DNA of 64,000 bases, from positions 1,364,001 through 1,428,000 of the forward strand of contig NEEC01000020.1 in assembly GCA_002189035.1 (NCBI GenBank). Reading direction: 5' to 3'. Under the pieces are notes generated by a model. That model saw only the letters and a program-made list of their open reading frames with translations. It did not search any database and was not told where the DNA came from. Below are positions 1 through 12,143 of the stretch, in pieces (position 1 is the first letter of the stretch; every line of letters begins with the position of its first letter). The DNA is from Utricularia gibba (taxonomy: Eukaryota; Plantae; Magnoliophyta). The translations under genes were made by a program, and so were the position numbers.

Positions 1-512
1 CTTAAAAATAAAATATATACTTGATTTGGAGTCCCCATAATGCTCATCATTGATAGAGGATCTCATTTCTTTAACAAATCTTTGGAGATATTGGTTAAGA
101 GTTAAGTAAGTATTAAAGAAAACTATCAACTAATCCAAAAAAGATTAGATTTAGAAGTTGAATGTTGTATTGTGGGAAATTCAAACTGCTTACAAAATAC
201 AGATTGGTATGACACCCTTTAAGGTATTTTACTAGACAACTTTTCATTTACTAATAGAGTTGGAATACAAGACTATGGGCAATCGAGTTGTTGATTGATG
301 ACATGAGTGAGAACATTGAAATTAGGAAATTTCAATTGTCAGAGTTAGAGAAATTGAGGAAGAATGCATATTATAATTCTTGTAGCTTTATGGAATTGTT
401 CAAATCTTACTATGACAACAAGATTAAAAAGAAGGAAGAGCCAAGTAAGAAGGTAATTTCACATTGGAAAATTGAAATGGAAAAAACATTTGTAGTAAAA
501 TATGTGAACTAA
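1..512 (+). mobile_element. Degenerate Ty3/Gypsy (Athila-like) integrase C-terminal remnant
   Basis: Broken frames read FGVPIMLIIDRGSHFFNKS, TAYKIQIGMTPFKVF and QLSELEKLRKNAYYNS (ORF 288-512). These resemble Athila/Tat integrase motifs (FGVP..I.SDRGSHF, TAYKTP.GM.P, L.ELEE.R..AY.N). Confidence 0.8.
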
Positions 513-692
513 AATGATTCAGTAAGATTATTAATAAATATCAAGATGCTGAGATTTTTACTATAAATGGTCATAGGTTGAAACTTCATTATGGGATACA
601 TCAAAAGGATGAATAGAGAAGAAGAGAGAGATAATCTCCCCTTCAATGACAAAAACACCTCAAAAGATTAATTGGATATATTGTCCTAGAAC

Positions 693-860
693 TAGAAGTG
701 GGCACAAATATGGGTAGATCCGGAAATCGGGCGGGTTGACCTGTGATGATTTTGACCCGTTATCCACCTGTGATGAGTTCGACCCGTTATCCATATCTGT
801 TGGAAACGGGTACGAGACGAGGTCGGAAGTGAACAGATACAGGTCAACCTGGGGTCAGAG
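693..860. mobile_element. hAT-like left terminus with subterminal GACCCG repeats
   Basis: TAGAAGTGGGCAC at 693-705 resembles the hAT TIR type TAGGGGTGGGCAC. It is followed by two tandem ~27-bp units containing GACCCGTTATCCA (~740-795) and by AAACGGGT. Confidence 0.45.
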
Positions 861-905
861 AAATTAGACATAAACAGGAAAAAGATAGAAAAACAGGGTA
901 GCAGC

Positions 906-1366
906 TAAAAGCAGTTTTGAGGATATGAGATTTGATGTAGGTGTAGTATCTTGGCGTATGAGGATATTTGCGTGAGCAGTTTTTGTATTGAACATAATGC
1001 AACAAAGCTTTTCTTCAATACATTGTAGCAACTAAAAATAGCCATTGTTGAAGGAGCCGTTGTACCCGTTACCGTCATTATGGCTACCTTAGTAGTCTTC
1101 CCTTCTACGGTTAGCATCCTTGAGTAGCGTCAAGATACTGTCGGTTGGGCTTGCTGGGAGAAGCCCATCCTTTCGATAATTTTCCTGTTGAACAGTCCAT
1201 TTGACAGCATTCGGGTCCATTATGATGAAGCCCATATCTGAGTTCAATCTTTTCTTCCGACGATTGGAAGCATCACAGCGACTTCGACTTTCCTCCGGGT
1301 TCTCACACCTCGTCTCTGCTTCATCTTCACACAATCTTGTCGTGGCTTGATCATTCTTAGCCTTCA
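906..1366 (-). repeat. Copia 3' LTR
   Basis: Aligns with 12144-12214 plus 13379-13795. Ends CCTTCA at 1366; the other end reads TAAAAGC against TGAAAGC in the partner LTR. Confidence 0.9.
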
Positions 1367-4119
1367 TACCTCCTTGAAGGTGAAACCGAGGAGAGGTTTC
1401 CGAATCCGACGGATTTCGTTGCAACCCTAGCAGTTCTCTGATTTGGGTGAACTGTTTTGGGAAAAGGGATTTCATCAATACGTCTGCAATTTGGAGCTCT
1501 GAGGGTAAGTATTCCAGTCCAATGGTTTCTTCCTTGATGTAATCTCTGAGGACGTGGTATTTGATTCTAATATGTTTCGTCTTTCCAAACATAACTGGAT
1601 TTTGGGCGATGCTTATGACTGATTTATTGTCAATCTTCAATATAAGTGGTCTTTGTATCTTGATTTCGAGGTCATCGCACAGTTTGAGTAGCCATTGTGC
1701 GTGGTTAGTTGCTGAGGCTCTTGATATGTACTCTGCCTCTACCGATGATTGAGCAACAAGGTCTTGTTTTTTTCTATTCTAGGAAAAAGCAGCTGAGCCA
1801 AGGTGAACAAGTAGCCAATGGTGGATTTCAAGTCTGATTCGTCTCCTACAAAATCGGAGTCAACAAAGCCTTGGAGAACAGGGTTAGTGAATTTCTTAAA
1901 ATACAAACCCAATGTCTTGGTAGGGTGTAAATATTTGAAAATTTTCTCAGCAATTTTCAGATGGAGAGGAAGAGGTTTATACATAAAACGAGATAGAAAT
2001 GTTACTGCAAAGGTGATATTGGGGCAGATGACCATGAGATATAGGAGTGCACCAACAATCTGCTGATATTCAAGAATGTTAATTGTTTTACTAGAAGCTG
2101 AAATAGTACGAGATGTCTTTGTGCGTTCATTTTTGGAGGCTTGATTAGACTTTAGCTTGAAATAAGGAGTAAGTGGCGTGACAGCATCCTTGGTGTCATG
2201 CATCATAAATTTACTGAGTAAGTCCTCTGTGTATTTTCTCTGACTCAAAAATATACACTTTTGATCTTGGTGAATTTCTAGGCCTAGAAAGTACTAGGCA
2301 GGTCCCAAATCCGAGAGATCAAATCTTTCTTTCAGCTTGTGCTTGTCTTCGGCTATCATATCTTTGCTTGCGCCGGTGAGAAGTATGTCGTCCACATAAA
2401 AGGTAATGATAGTTTGCCCCTTTTCTGAGTCACGAGTATAAAGAGTGGTATCATTTTGGCTCCGTACATATCCAATTTGCATAAGAAAACCATCAATGGT
2501 GACATACCATTCTTTAGGGGCTTGTTTTAGCCCATATAGCGCCTTTTGTAGTTTTAAAACCTTGTGGTCTCCATCTTGTAGGATAAAACCAGGCGGTGGA
2601 TGCACATAAATATCCTCTGTGAGGAGCCCGTTCAGAAACGCACTTTTCACATCTAGATGGTGAAGTGTCCATCCTTGACTAGCTGCATAAGCTATTACTA
2701 GTTTTATGGTGTCTAACTGGGCAACTGGAGCAAAGGTTTCCCAATAGTCTATTCCTTGCTTTTGTAGATAACCTTTGGTAACTAACCGAGATTTGAGCTT
2801 GTTCGCAAATCCATCTAGGTTTAGCTGAAGATCCATTTGAGGCCGATGGGCTTCACTCCTTGCAGTTTGTCAACGGCCACCCAAACCTGATGTTTTTGGA
2901 TGGAGGATAATTCACTCTCCATAGATGCTTTCCAAGCAGGATCTCGGAGGGCTTCATAAGGTGTTAGTGGCTCATATATAAGTGATGCCCTGTCATAGAC
3001 TCTAGTGATACAGTCATAACCTTTAAACGATTCTTCATCACAGAGATGTTCAGGATCGGAGCACTGAAAGTGAGGAACGTAAACATTTTTAGTAGAGTCA
3101 CTGCTAGTACCACTCTCTGAATTTCTGATATCTGGTATTTCAGGTACACGTTGGTGCAAGAGTGGCTGTTCCCCCTATTCCTGTGGACTGGTCGTTAGTG
3201 AAGTCTCACATATATCAATGACGTCAAAGCTTGATCTATGATTGGTGAAGTTGTGATTCTCAGCAGTGGGGAACTATGATCAGGTGAGTGAGTAGTAGCA
3301 TCCAGATTTTGGTGAATATTAGTGGCATAGTCTTGTCCATTTTGAGATGTGTTGCTGTTGTCTGCAATATCCTGAGGAAGACATGTTTCTCTAGCAGTGT
3401 TGCTCTCAGAGTTGTCATGTCGAAATAGCTGAAAAATTTCCATGTTGTAGTCTGATTTTTGTTCTATAGAGGAAGATTTTTTCTTCCAATCAAATGTTCG
3501 AGATTCATCCACCACAACATCCGCACTTCTTTGATATTCAATTTTGTTACTGTCAGGAATATACACTCGGTAGATCTTTGTGGAATCTGCATAACCCACA
3601 AAGATGCCAATTTTGGCATGATTTTCAAGCTTGTTCCGTTTTTCTTTTGGGATGAATACATAGCACAATGGGCCAAATATTTTCATATTTTGGAGATCTT
3701 GTACCATCCCATGCCATAATTCATAAGGTGTTTTCCTTCTGAAATTCCTTTTGTCGATAGTCAATTGAGGAGGAAGATTGAGGTATGTACTACCTCTCCC
3801 CAAAATTGTAAGGGAAGGTTATGATCCAGCAGTAGGCATCGAGCCATATTCATGATGGTACGGTTCTTTCTCTCACATATTCCGTTCTGTTGAGGCGTAT
3901 AGGGTACTGTGAAGTGATGGGTAATATCATTCTCTGAGCAGAGTTTTTTTATTTCCATGGATTGATATTCACCACCATTGTGAGAGAGCAGGGTAATAAT
4001 CTTTGAATTGCTTTGAGTTTCTGCTAGAGCCTTGAAGATTTTGAAGTAATGAGTAGCCTCAGACTTGCGCTTAAGAAAGTAGACCCAGGTATACTTGGAG
4101 AAGTCATTCACAAATATGA
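1367..4119 (-). pseudogene. Copia pol: integrase core, RT and RNaseH, broken by frameshifts and stops
   Basis: NDFSKYTWVYFL and TPQQNGICERKNRT (integrase); ETFAPVA, HHLDVKSAFLNG, LQKALYGLKQAP and FYVDDIL (RT); GFVDSDF, KTKHIRIKYH and SELQIADVLMK (RNaseH). Confidence 0.95.
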
Positions 4120-4651
4120 TGTGAAGTGCAACTCTTAGGCTTACTTGGGCCTTTCATATAGATAATGTGTTTGGGCCATATTTTCTGTTAAAATATGGCA
4201 TTATAACAAGCCCTGTTTTTGTTGTCTTCTGGGTGGGCGTTTTTGAGACATAAGCAGCAGGTATATGCCATTGCACGGTGTACGACGGTTCTCTCCCTGA
4301 AGCTAAGTATCTCGACTCTGTACATAAGAAGGAGGTTCTTGAAAGCAATTCTGCCTCTACGTTCGTTCTTTAGGGTTCCCTGTGCAAGTCCTCGAATCAG
4401 GTTGTTTCGTTTCATCTTTTAAGTGTTCTTACGTGCTTTGTCGCGGTTCTTCTATTGGATGTTTGTAAAACCTACTGATTGTTTCTTGCTATAAAATCTG
4501 TAGGTTTTGTGGATTTGCCTCGGTTTGCTATTGTAACTTTAGGTTACTATAGAATTCGTGAGGTGAACCACGTTAATTGTGTTGTGGTGTTTTCTCTTTG
4601 ACTTAAAAACACAGTTTAACAATAATAGATCACATACTTAAAATTCTAACA
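4120..4651. mobile_element. Solo LTR (532 bp) inserted in the Copia integrase
   Basis: TGTGAAG...TCTAACA with a perfect 5-bp TSD TATGA (4115-4119 and 4652-4656). Removing it restores GNNKYYVIFVNDF on the minus strand. Confidence 0.9.
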
Positions 4652-4656
4652 TATGA

Positions 4657-4837
4657 CATAATACTTGTTGTTTCCTAAAGTTTCTACACTCATAGGCCCG
4701 CAGACATTAGTTGTTACTAGTTATAGTTTGGTATCCGAAATTTCTGTTCTTCGTTCAAATGAATGCCGACTCATCTTCCCTTGTAGACATGTGCTGCAAG
4801 GTTGATCCTGGAGTTGCAGATCAGGCACACCACACAC
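4657..4837 (-). pseudogene. Copia integrase N-terminal part (zinc-finger end)
   Basis: Minus strand reads VCGVPDLQLQDQPCSTCLQGKMSRHSF...LVTTNVCGPMSVETLGNNKYY, with one in-frame stop. Confidence 0.85.
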
Positions 4838-5360
4838 AAATGGGGTATAAATCGGACGAAGATAATCGGCCCTTGAGAAGGCTGCCAATGGAAGCCCTGG
4901 AACCTGCCAACAGACCGATGTGTGTCAGGAACTTGCAGCATCGGCCGTATGGCGCAGTCTGAAAAGCGGTCGAATCATAGCAGAACGGGCGACGATCGTC
5001 TGAAAAGTAAGGTCCTAGTACAAGTGCAATGAGCAACCGACATTTGCAAAAATAGGGAATTCGGCTAGACCAACCTCCACCATAAATAGGAGAAATCATA
5101 ACGGAGCCAAGGGGGAAAAAAGAAGAGAAAAAAAGGGGGGGGGGGGGGGGGGGGTAGAGGCCTCCCAACCTATACCTCTCTCCTCCATCTTCGTCTAGTA
5201 AACATTTTCTCCTGCGAGCTCTGACAGTTCCGTGGTTTTTCCGCCTCGCGGTGGTTTCCAAGTAAAAAATCCCTACCTACTTCCATCTCACTCAATCAAA
5301 CCAAACAAGCATACCGATTTTCACCCGTAACATTTTTGGCGCCCACCGTGGGGCTGATCT

Positions 5361-6130
5361 ATGGCCCCACTCAAGAAATCCACAGAGATCGCTCACCAAA
5401 TGTCAACCACGGCAGGAAATGAAACGGCTGTGAATTCTGTCCACGAAGGGAGCATCGGCATGCAAAACCCTAGTCTTATGGCCAACAACAGGGAGCAGTT
5501 GAAGACCCTCCTCCTTTTGGTGATGGAAATTCTCCCCGACTTTAGGGCACCCTCGGGTCTGCACTTCAAAGCATATGAGGGGACACCCGAAACCAGACGA
5601 AAAGCGGAAAAGCAACCCCCGATCCTAGGATATGCCCCGGACACAGAAACTAAATCATCCGGCAGCGCCAGGGATGGACAGGGAGAATGAATGCCCTCAC
5701 GAATAAACATCACACAAAGAACAATAACCAAACTCGAAGGTTTCAGAGGGTCGTGGGTAGTTCGATTGGATCGGGGAGGAACACTGCAACAGGGAGGATA
5801 ACGCTATCTTACGAAAAACGGGAGTTGGAGTTACCGGAAGAAAAACGGCAGAATATTCATGGCTGACTAGGGGCTCATCCGGAAAGAACAGAAAAGAGTT
5901 ACAACAAGTCATTATCCCCAAGGGAAACCCCGGAAAGAGATTTAATGCTTTGGAACATTCAGCCACAAAGGCATGTAGGTAAACTAGATCGCAATGGGAA
6001 AAACCCTTATCGGATTTCGAGCGTAATCAAAAAAGGGGCTTATTGTTTAGAACGTTTAGATGACGTGGAGTTCTCGAGATCATGGAATAAACCCAATATG
6101 AGGGGATTCTACGCTCAATCAGTCCAATAC
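5361..6130 (+). pseudogene. Tat gag N-terminus joined to the integrase C-terminal tail
   Basis: ORF 5361-5690 follows the PBS. From ~5820 the broken frames read ELELPEEKRQ...YNKSLSPRE...GKLDRNGKNPYRISSVIKKGAYCLERLDD...SWN, which matches the Tat integrase end. PR, RT and RNaseH are absent. Confidence 0.75.
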
Positions 6131-7288
6131 CAATCCTTATCGCAGGTTCTTGCTAAATTCGGTACCCTCTTTGCCAAAGTACGCAAGCAGCAACCAATTC
6201 CTCCCAAAACGGAGACGAGCTAAAAACCTTACAAGTCCTGGCCGAGTTGCATAAGCCTAGGCAACCCTTTCATTCTAAAACCACAAGTCCTGGCCGAGTC
6301 ATATAAGCCCAGGAAAACCTCACAAATCAATGCCTCCCCCCCCCCTCCCCTGTTGGGCACAACGGATCAAAATCAGAGGATCCTTCTCATTCGAGAGGGA
6401 ATATCGCCAAATAGGTTGAGGCATTCACCCCGCCATATACCTACAGCCTTCTAAACCCAGGCCCCAGTGATAAGGATAAGCCCTGGTACCACTCGGGCAC
6501 CGGTTTCTTAAAACCGTCCGCATAAGCCCCGAAAAAGCCCTTAAGTTCACACCTTATTGATGAACCTCGAGTCGGCAAGAGCACTCAAAGCAAATCCGCC
6601 CATGTTCAACACAATGGGGTTTCGGCCAGAAGAGGGCCCAATCGGATTGGGGAAGTCACCCAACCCGCCAGTGGTCTAGGTGTACTTCCCTAGCAACGGT
6701 TCGACTCGTGTAAGGAAACACTAAGGCACAAAAAATAAACCCAACCAAAGGGTTGGGGAAAAGACACCCATTTCTTGGGTCACGAAAGCCTCGTTATGAG
6801 CACTGCAAACCAACTTGGAGCTATCTCTTAAACATGTGATCTCCCAAGCATAGGCTCCAATAATAAGGGTAAGCCCTAATATAACTTGGACACCGGTTTC
6901 TTCGAACCGCTCACACAAGCCCCGGAAAACCCCCGAAAAAGCTCCATACAAAACCCATGTTCTCAAACCCCGATGTGGTAATCATACTCGAAGCAAGGAC
7001 ACAAATATCCCGAAAGCATGAGACTTTCCCCAAAAGGCCCCCTTTTTGGATTAAGAAAATAACTCAAGCCATGGAAGGTCCCGAGTTATGCTCTTAACGA
7101 CAATCGTACGATTATAAGGGAGTACTCAAGTGAAAAGACTAGACCGAGAGTTGGCGAATCATGCATAACAGTAAAGGAAATCGGAACAAAGTAGATCAGA
7201 CAGAAGAATCCCAAATCGGGATCCCAAGTGTTCAAAGTGTTCAAAAACCTCGGAACCGGGGACAAAAACATTAGTTCAGAAAAAGAAG

Positions 7289-9478
7289 CTAGACTTCAGG
7301 CAGAGGGGAAGGATCGTTGTCAGGACCGACCGAGGGGCCAACATGCCCCCGAAGCCTCGCTCGTAGCTTGGCCTCGTTCTCTCGTCCGGTTCTCGCCCAG
7401 ATGAGTGTTATCAATCGTTCCCGCTCTACTTCAGATCCAAATTCAGGAGTGGGGTACACCTCGGCGATAACATCCAGCATGTTCTCGTCTCTCCTCAAGG
7501 GGTCGATCCTATCAAAACGCAGATCTGTGATCGCTAACCCGAATTCTCGGCTGATTTGACGCCTTTGCCGATAGACGAGCAAACCAATCAAATCCCCCAC
7601 GTAGATATCGAATAACTCCGAAAAGCATGCCGAATTGACAAAATCATCCAGAAGGTTTTGCCGAGACGCCTCCCGACTTAGTAAGTCAGCCTGCAGAGTT
7701 GCGATGCGATCTCTGGCATCGTCTGATTCGGCCTCCGTCTCTTCGAGCCTAACCTTGAAGCCTTCCCTCTCCGATTGGGTGTCGTCAACCGCTTTCCCCA
7801 TCTCCTCGATCACACTCTGTAACTCTTCCGCAGCCATCAGCTTCATCTTGGCCTCTTGAGCCTCCACTTGCTTTTGAAGTCGAACTACCTCCCCGGGTTG
7901 AGACTCGATTTTCTTGGCCAGCCCCCATCCAAAAGTCAAGGCCTGACAAAAATTGTTAAGTTGGAAAGCTATTACGAGTGAAACTAAGAAGGCAAAGGAT
8001 CAGTACTTGCCAAATCCCCTTAAGTATTACTTCCGGCTGAACGTTTGGAAGACTTAGCACGGCTTCATCCAACATCCTCCTTAATTCGGCAGGAACCGAA
8101 GATGGAGGAAGAGTTGGATCGTCTTCCACTTCTATCGAGGCGGGGCTCCCCTGTGCCTCATTCGGGGAATCGATGTGGAAGTGCTTGCCAACAAGAGCCC
8201 AGTGCCACAAACCAGGGCTTCGTTACGAATGGGGGAAGGCGGGATCTTTTCTTTTCCCTTGCCCACCAGCAGAACCGGGAGTCGGATCACGAGCCTTGGA
8301 GACTTCTGTTATTTGATCCTCCCCGACAGAGGAATCATCGACATTTGGTTGAACTTCGGTTGGACTAACCTGGAATAAACAGATTGAAAGAGCTCAAAAT
8401 CGGAAGCCGATAGCAACTGATAAGTATCCGGTAAACCTGTACAGTTGAAGTTTTTTCCAGTTCTTGCATCCTCTGCATTTCGGCGGAAAAGTGAGCCATC
8501 ATCGAATTCTCTAAGCCACTTCTTCGGGCCATCTCTTCAACTGCAAGCAAAAATCGGGAAAGCAGTGAAGCACCGAGCCGGACGTGAAAGTTGGAAAAAT
8601 AGCACCTAACTACCTCTTTGCTTTTTCGAGGGTTTATGGACGATTGCCTTAACCCTTTTCTTTTTCTTAGAGGCCACGGTTTGAGCAATTTGGGTATTCG
8701 GGGATGAAACCGGGATGAGTCGAGGACTCGGAGAAGGGTCAAAAGGAGGAGTTGGGCAAACCAGTGCTCTCAGAGGGCACGATGTCTGGCCAGTGGGGTC
8801 ATGAGAACGAAAGATAATGCCAGATTTTTTCAGCGATTCCCCCGAAAACATGAGGTCCCGAGTTTCGAATCGAAAGGAGCCTCGACTCAGCCTTTCGTAC
8901 AGAGCCTCTCTAGATTCGGATGAAAACCGATACACATCAGAGAGTTTCACTCTGAAGGGATTAGAGGGATTAATCGGAAAGTTCCATTGAAAACCTAAGG
9001 AAGGTGCCACCCAGACAAAAGAGGACCACCAATCATGGTGGGTATCAGGTGCTTTCACAATGAAGTGAGGGTTGTCTTCGAATCGGCGGAACTGGAAGTG
9101 AGAACGGCCATCCATGGGGGATTTCGCTTTTTGTATAGCAATTTTGAAAAGGTGGAGGAAATCCTCTAAAGTCATAGCGGGATCCATACCAGCCGAATAG
9201 ACCAAGAACGTAGCGAAACAAAAGATGGAATTAGGGGCGAGGCAATAAAGCGGTACGATAAAGGCGTATAGGAATTGGACGATCAGGGGATGAAGAGGAA
9301 ATCATAAACTGCTTTCGAAATAAGCAATAGGAATCGGTAAGCTGAAGGGGGGAAGTGGGCTCTCACCTAACCCCTAAGGGATTTCGGTATCCCGGGCATG
9401 GGAGACAATATACTCGTCAGGAATTGAATACCGGATATGGAGAGAGGGGATATCAATCTCGCTAGACCTTCTGCCCAT
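7289..9478 (-). pseudogene. Antisense extra ORF of the Tat element (Transposase_28/TRP28-like domain plus coiled coil), with stops
   Basis: Reads YFESSL*FPLHPLIVQFL...LAPNSIFCF...FLHLF...HDWWSSFVWV, then a coiled-coil ORF at 7289-7939. Candidate GT-AG introns at 8370-8436 and 7943-8006. Confidence 0.75.
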
Positions 9479-10523
9479 TTCTTGAGAGACGCTGGATGAG
9501 ACTAACCCGAGGATGGAATAAAAACGATAAGAAAAAGTAGAACTCCGGCAAGACCCGAAAGAATCAAGTGGGAGGCGGGAGCGCGAAGAAAGTACCTGAG
9601 AATGTACGTTTCCTGGTAGGTTTCACGACGGCGACGACGGAAGACGAACGCGGCGGAATGCAGACGGCGCTAAGGATTCACAAATAAACAAAGGAAGCAA
9701 AGTAGAGAAGTGACGAGAGGGGTGCATATTTATAGAGAAAGTAGTCGGGAGGCGAAACGACGCGACGTTTGAGATGCCCAAAATGAGCGGGAAAGATGTG
9801 GCGCAATCAGGAAGATGACATGTGGCCAGGAATTCGGTCAAAATCGCCTCGAGACCTACTCATGGAGGAGTGGCGTATTCTAAATCGGCACGGCAGTAAT
9901 TCTGATCCACCGAATTACCTTAGATCAACCAATATCAGCGGATCAGAGGGCTGAATGATAGGGTAGAAATCGGACGAAGATAATCGGCCCCTGAGAAGGC
10001 TGCCAAAAGAAGCCCTGGGGAGACAGTGCCTGCCGACAGACTAATGTGTGTCAGAAACCTACAGCGGCGGCCGTATGGCGCAATCTAAAAAGCGGCCGAA
10101 TCATAGCAGAACGGGTGGCGATCGTCTGAAAAGTAAGGTCCTAGTACAAGTTCAATGAGCAACCGACATTTGCAAAAAATGGGAATTCGGCTAGACCAAC
10201 CTCCCCCATAAATAGGAGAAATCATAACGGAGCCAAGGGGGAAAAAGAAGAGAAAAAGGGGGGGATGGAGTTCCCGGAGAACGAACTCCGGGAAAATCGA
10301 GTCAAAATTTATATGAAAAAATATGTTAAAGTAGTCAAAATGACTACTTCCAACCTGTACCTTTCTCCTCCATCTTCGTCTAGTAAACATTTTCTCCGGC
10401 GAGCTCCGACAGCTCCGTGGTTTTTCCGCCTCGCGGTGGTTTCCACGTAAAAAAATCCCCGCCTACTTCCATCTCACTCAATCAAACCGAACAGGCATAC
10501 CAATTTTCACCCATAACACACAC

Positions 10524-12011
10524 AGACCCTTTGGATTGAGCAGATTTTAAAGCAGCAGTGTGATGATATCCCAGTCGTCGGTGCCACATTTGAGAGGAAT
10601 CAATTGCTGCGAGTGAGAATAGGTCCCTTGCGTGTCTGGCATTAATAGGAAACAGGCGGTTCACCATGGGAATCTTCAGCAGCAAGGTATGGTTTTGATC
10701 TAGTAGGGAGCAGGTATTATCTTCGAGACACAGTCTGAAGCCTTCTTCAATAAACTGCCCAGCACTTAATAGATTGTGTGATGCTTGAGGGATGTAAAAG
10801 ACGTCCTTGAGTTTGATTAACCGTTGATCTGTCTCAATGCATGCAGGCCCAATACCCTGAACAGGTATCACAATTCCATCAGCAATGGTCAGCGTCTTTC
10901 ATGTGACTTTAGTTAGAGAAGCAAAGATGGATGCATTATTGGCCAGGTGGTTGCTGAAGGCGCAGTCCATAAGCCAAGTAAGTTTGTGTCTGTGGTCTTT
11001 AATTTTGGAGAGTATAGTCTGACTGCACAGTGAGTAGATAGAAACCTTGGAAATCTTATTGATATCATCAGGTGATACATCGGTTAGTTTTGTGATTGAG
11101 CTCTCAGGCATGATTGATCCAGTATGAGAACCATTTGTTATTTGGTTCCTATTGCTGGGACATACCCTTTCTAAATGTCCTTTTGCAGCATAGACTATGC
11201 AGAATGCTTCTAGATTCCAGTAGCAGCTTACAAGTAAATGATTCTTCTGGGCGCAATAAGGGCAAGGTGGATAGGGCCCTTTCTTTTCCTTCTTGGCTGG
11301 TCGGAAAGAAGGTGTGCTGTAGGATTGAAGAGCAGCATCGCACGGAAAAGAGTTTGAGGTGAGTGAAGTTTTAAAGGCTGCTTCTTGGATACTTTCTTCG
11401 CTACGACTTTTCCTGCGAGCTTCAACATTTTTCAAGTGGGATAGTAATTGTTGTAGTGATAAGGTCTCGAGAAATCCTATAGCATCTAAGGATTCGATGA
11501 CTGCATCAAATTCCGCAGGTGCACGATGGATAACACGCGCTTTCAATTTGTATTCTTCCCGGTCATCAATCAGTTCTCCCAGCCTTTTCAGTTTTTCAAG
11601 ATTTTTGAGAAGCAGTTCAATGCTGGTCACAACCTCACCTTCTCGGAGTTTGAAGTTATACACCTGATTCCAGAGTACCTGAATTTCATTTTTTCAAACT
11701 TCCTTTTTTTCTTCGTATGTCTCCTGTAGGGTCAGCTAGGCTTCCCCTGGTGTTTTTCGAGTGATACATCAATATGCATCACCAACAACAGCAGAGGCAA
11801 GAACTGCTGAAGCTTGAATCTCTTTTGTATGATATTCTGTTTCTGCAAGTCGTTTTTCTTGAGGAGTTCCTTCGAAGCAAGGATCAGTGGCAATGAAGTT
11901 CCAGAAGCCATGAAGCTGCAGATAAATTTCCATCTTTGGAGCCCAGATATCGTAGTCTTTGCCATCAAATATGGGAGGTGTGATGTTGGTAGCAGATATG
12001 CCAGAGGCCAT
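10524..12011 (-). pseudogene. Copia gag, protease and GAG-pre-integrase (frameshifted)
   Basis: MASGISATNITPPIFDGKDYDIWAPKMEIYL (gag N-terminus), CPYCAQKNH knuckle, WLMDCAFSNHL (protease), LKDVFYIPQASHNLLSAGQ and MWHRRLGY. Confidence 0.93.
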
Positions 12012-12143
12012 CGGATTGAGCTGCACACAGAGAGAGAGACACACACACAAGGATTGCGTACGGGTTATTAGGGTGAGCAGTACGTGAATGCTTGATACTC
12101 TGATGCATGTAGTGTGGCTCCCTTCTTCACGTTAGGTACACCA

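Larger units (their letters stand above)
4838..10518 (+). mobile_element. Ty3/Gypsy Tat (Retand-like) element, internally deleted and non-autonomous
   Basis: LTRs at ~4838-5332 and 9952-10518, both ending ..TAACA. PBS TGGCGCCCACCGTGGGGCT at ~5337-5355 is complementary to plant tRNA-Lys(CUU). Candidate TSD CACAC (4833-4837 and 10519-10523). Removing it restores Copia KGSVCGVP. Confidence 0.92.

Noticed and set aside
905-1117. ORF 905-1117, plus the LTR-encoded ORFs 13374-13556 and 13518-13871
   Set aside because: They lie within Copia LTRs and have no recognisable domain; the shared peptide simply reflects LTR duplication.
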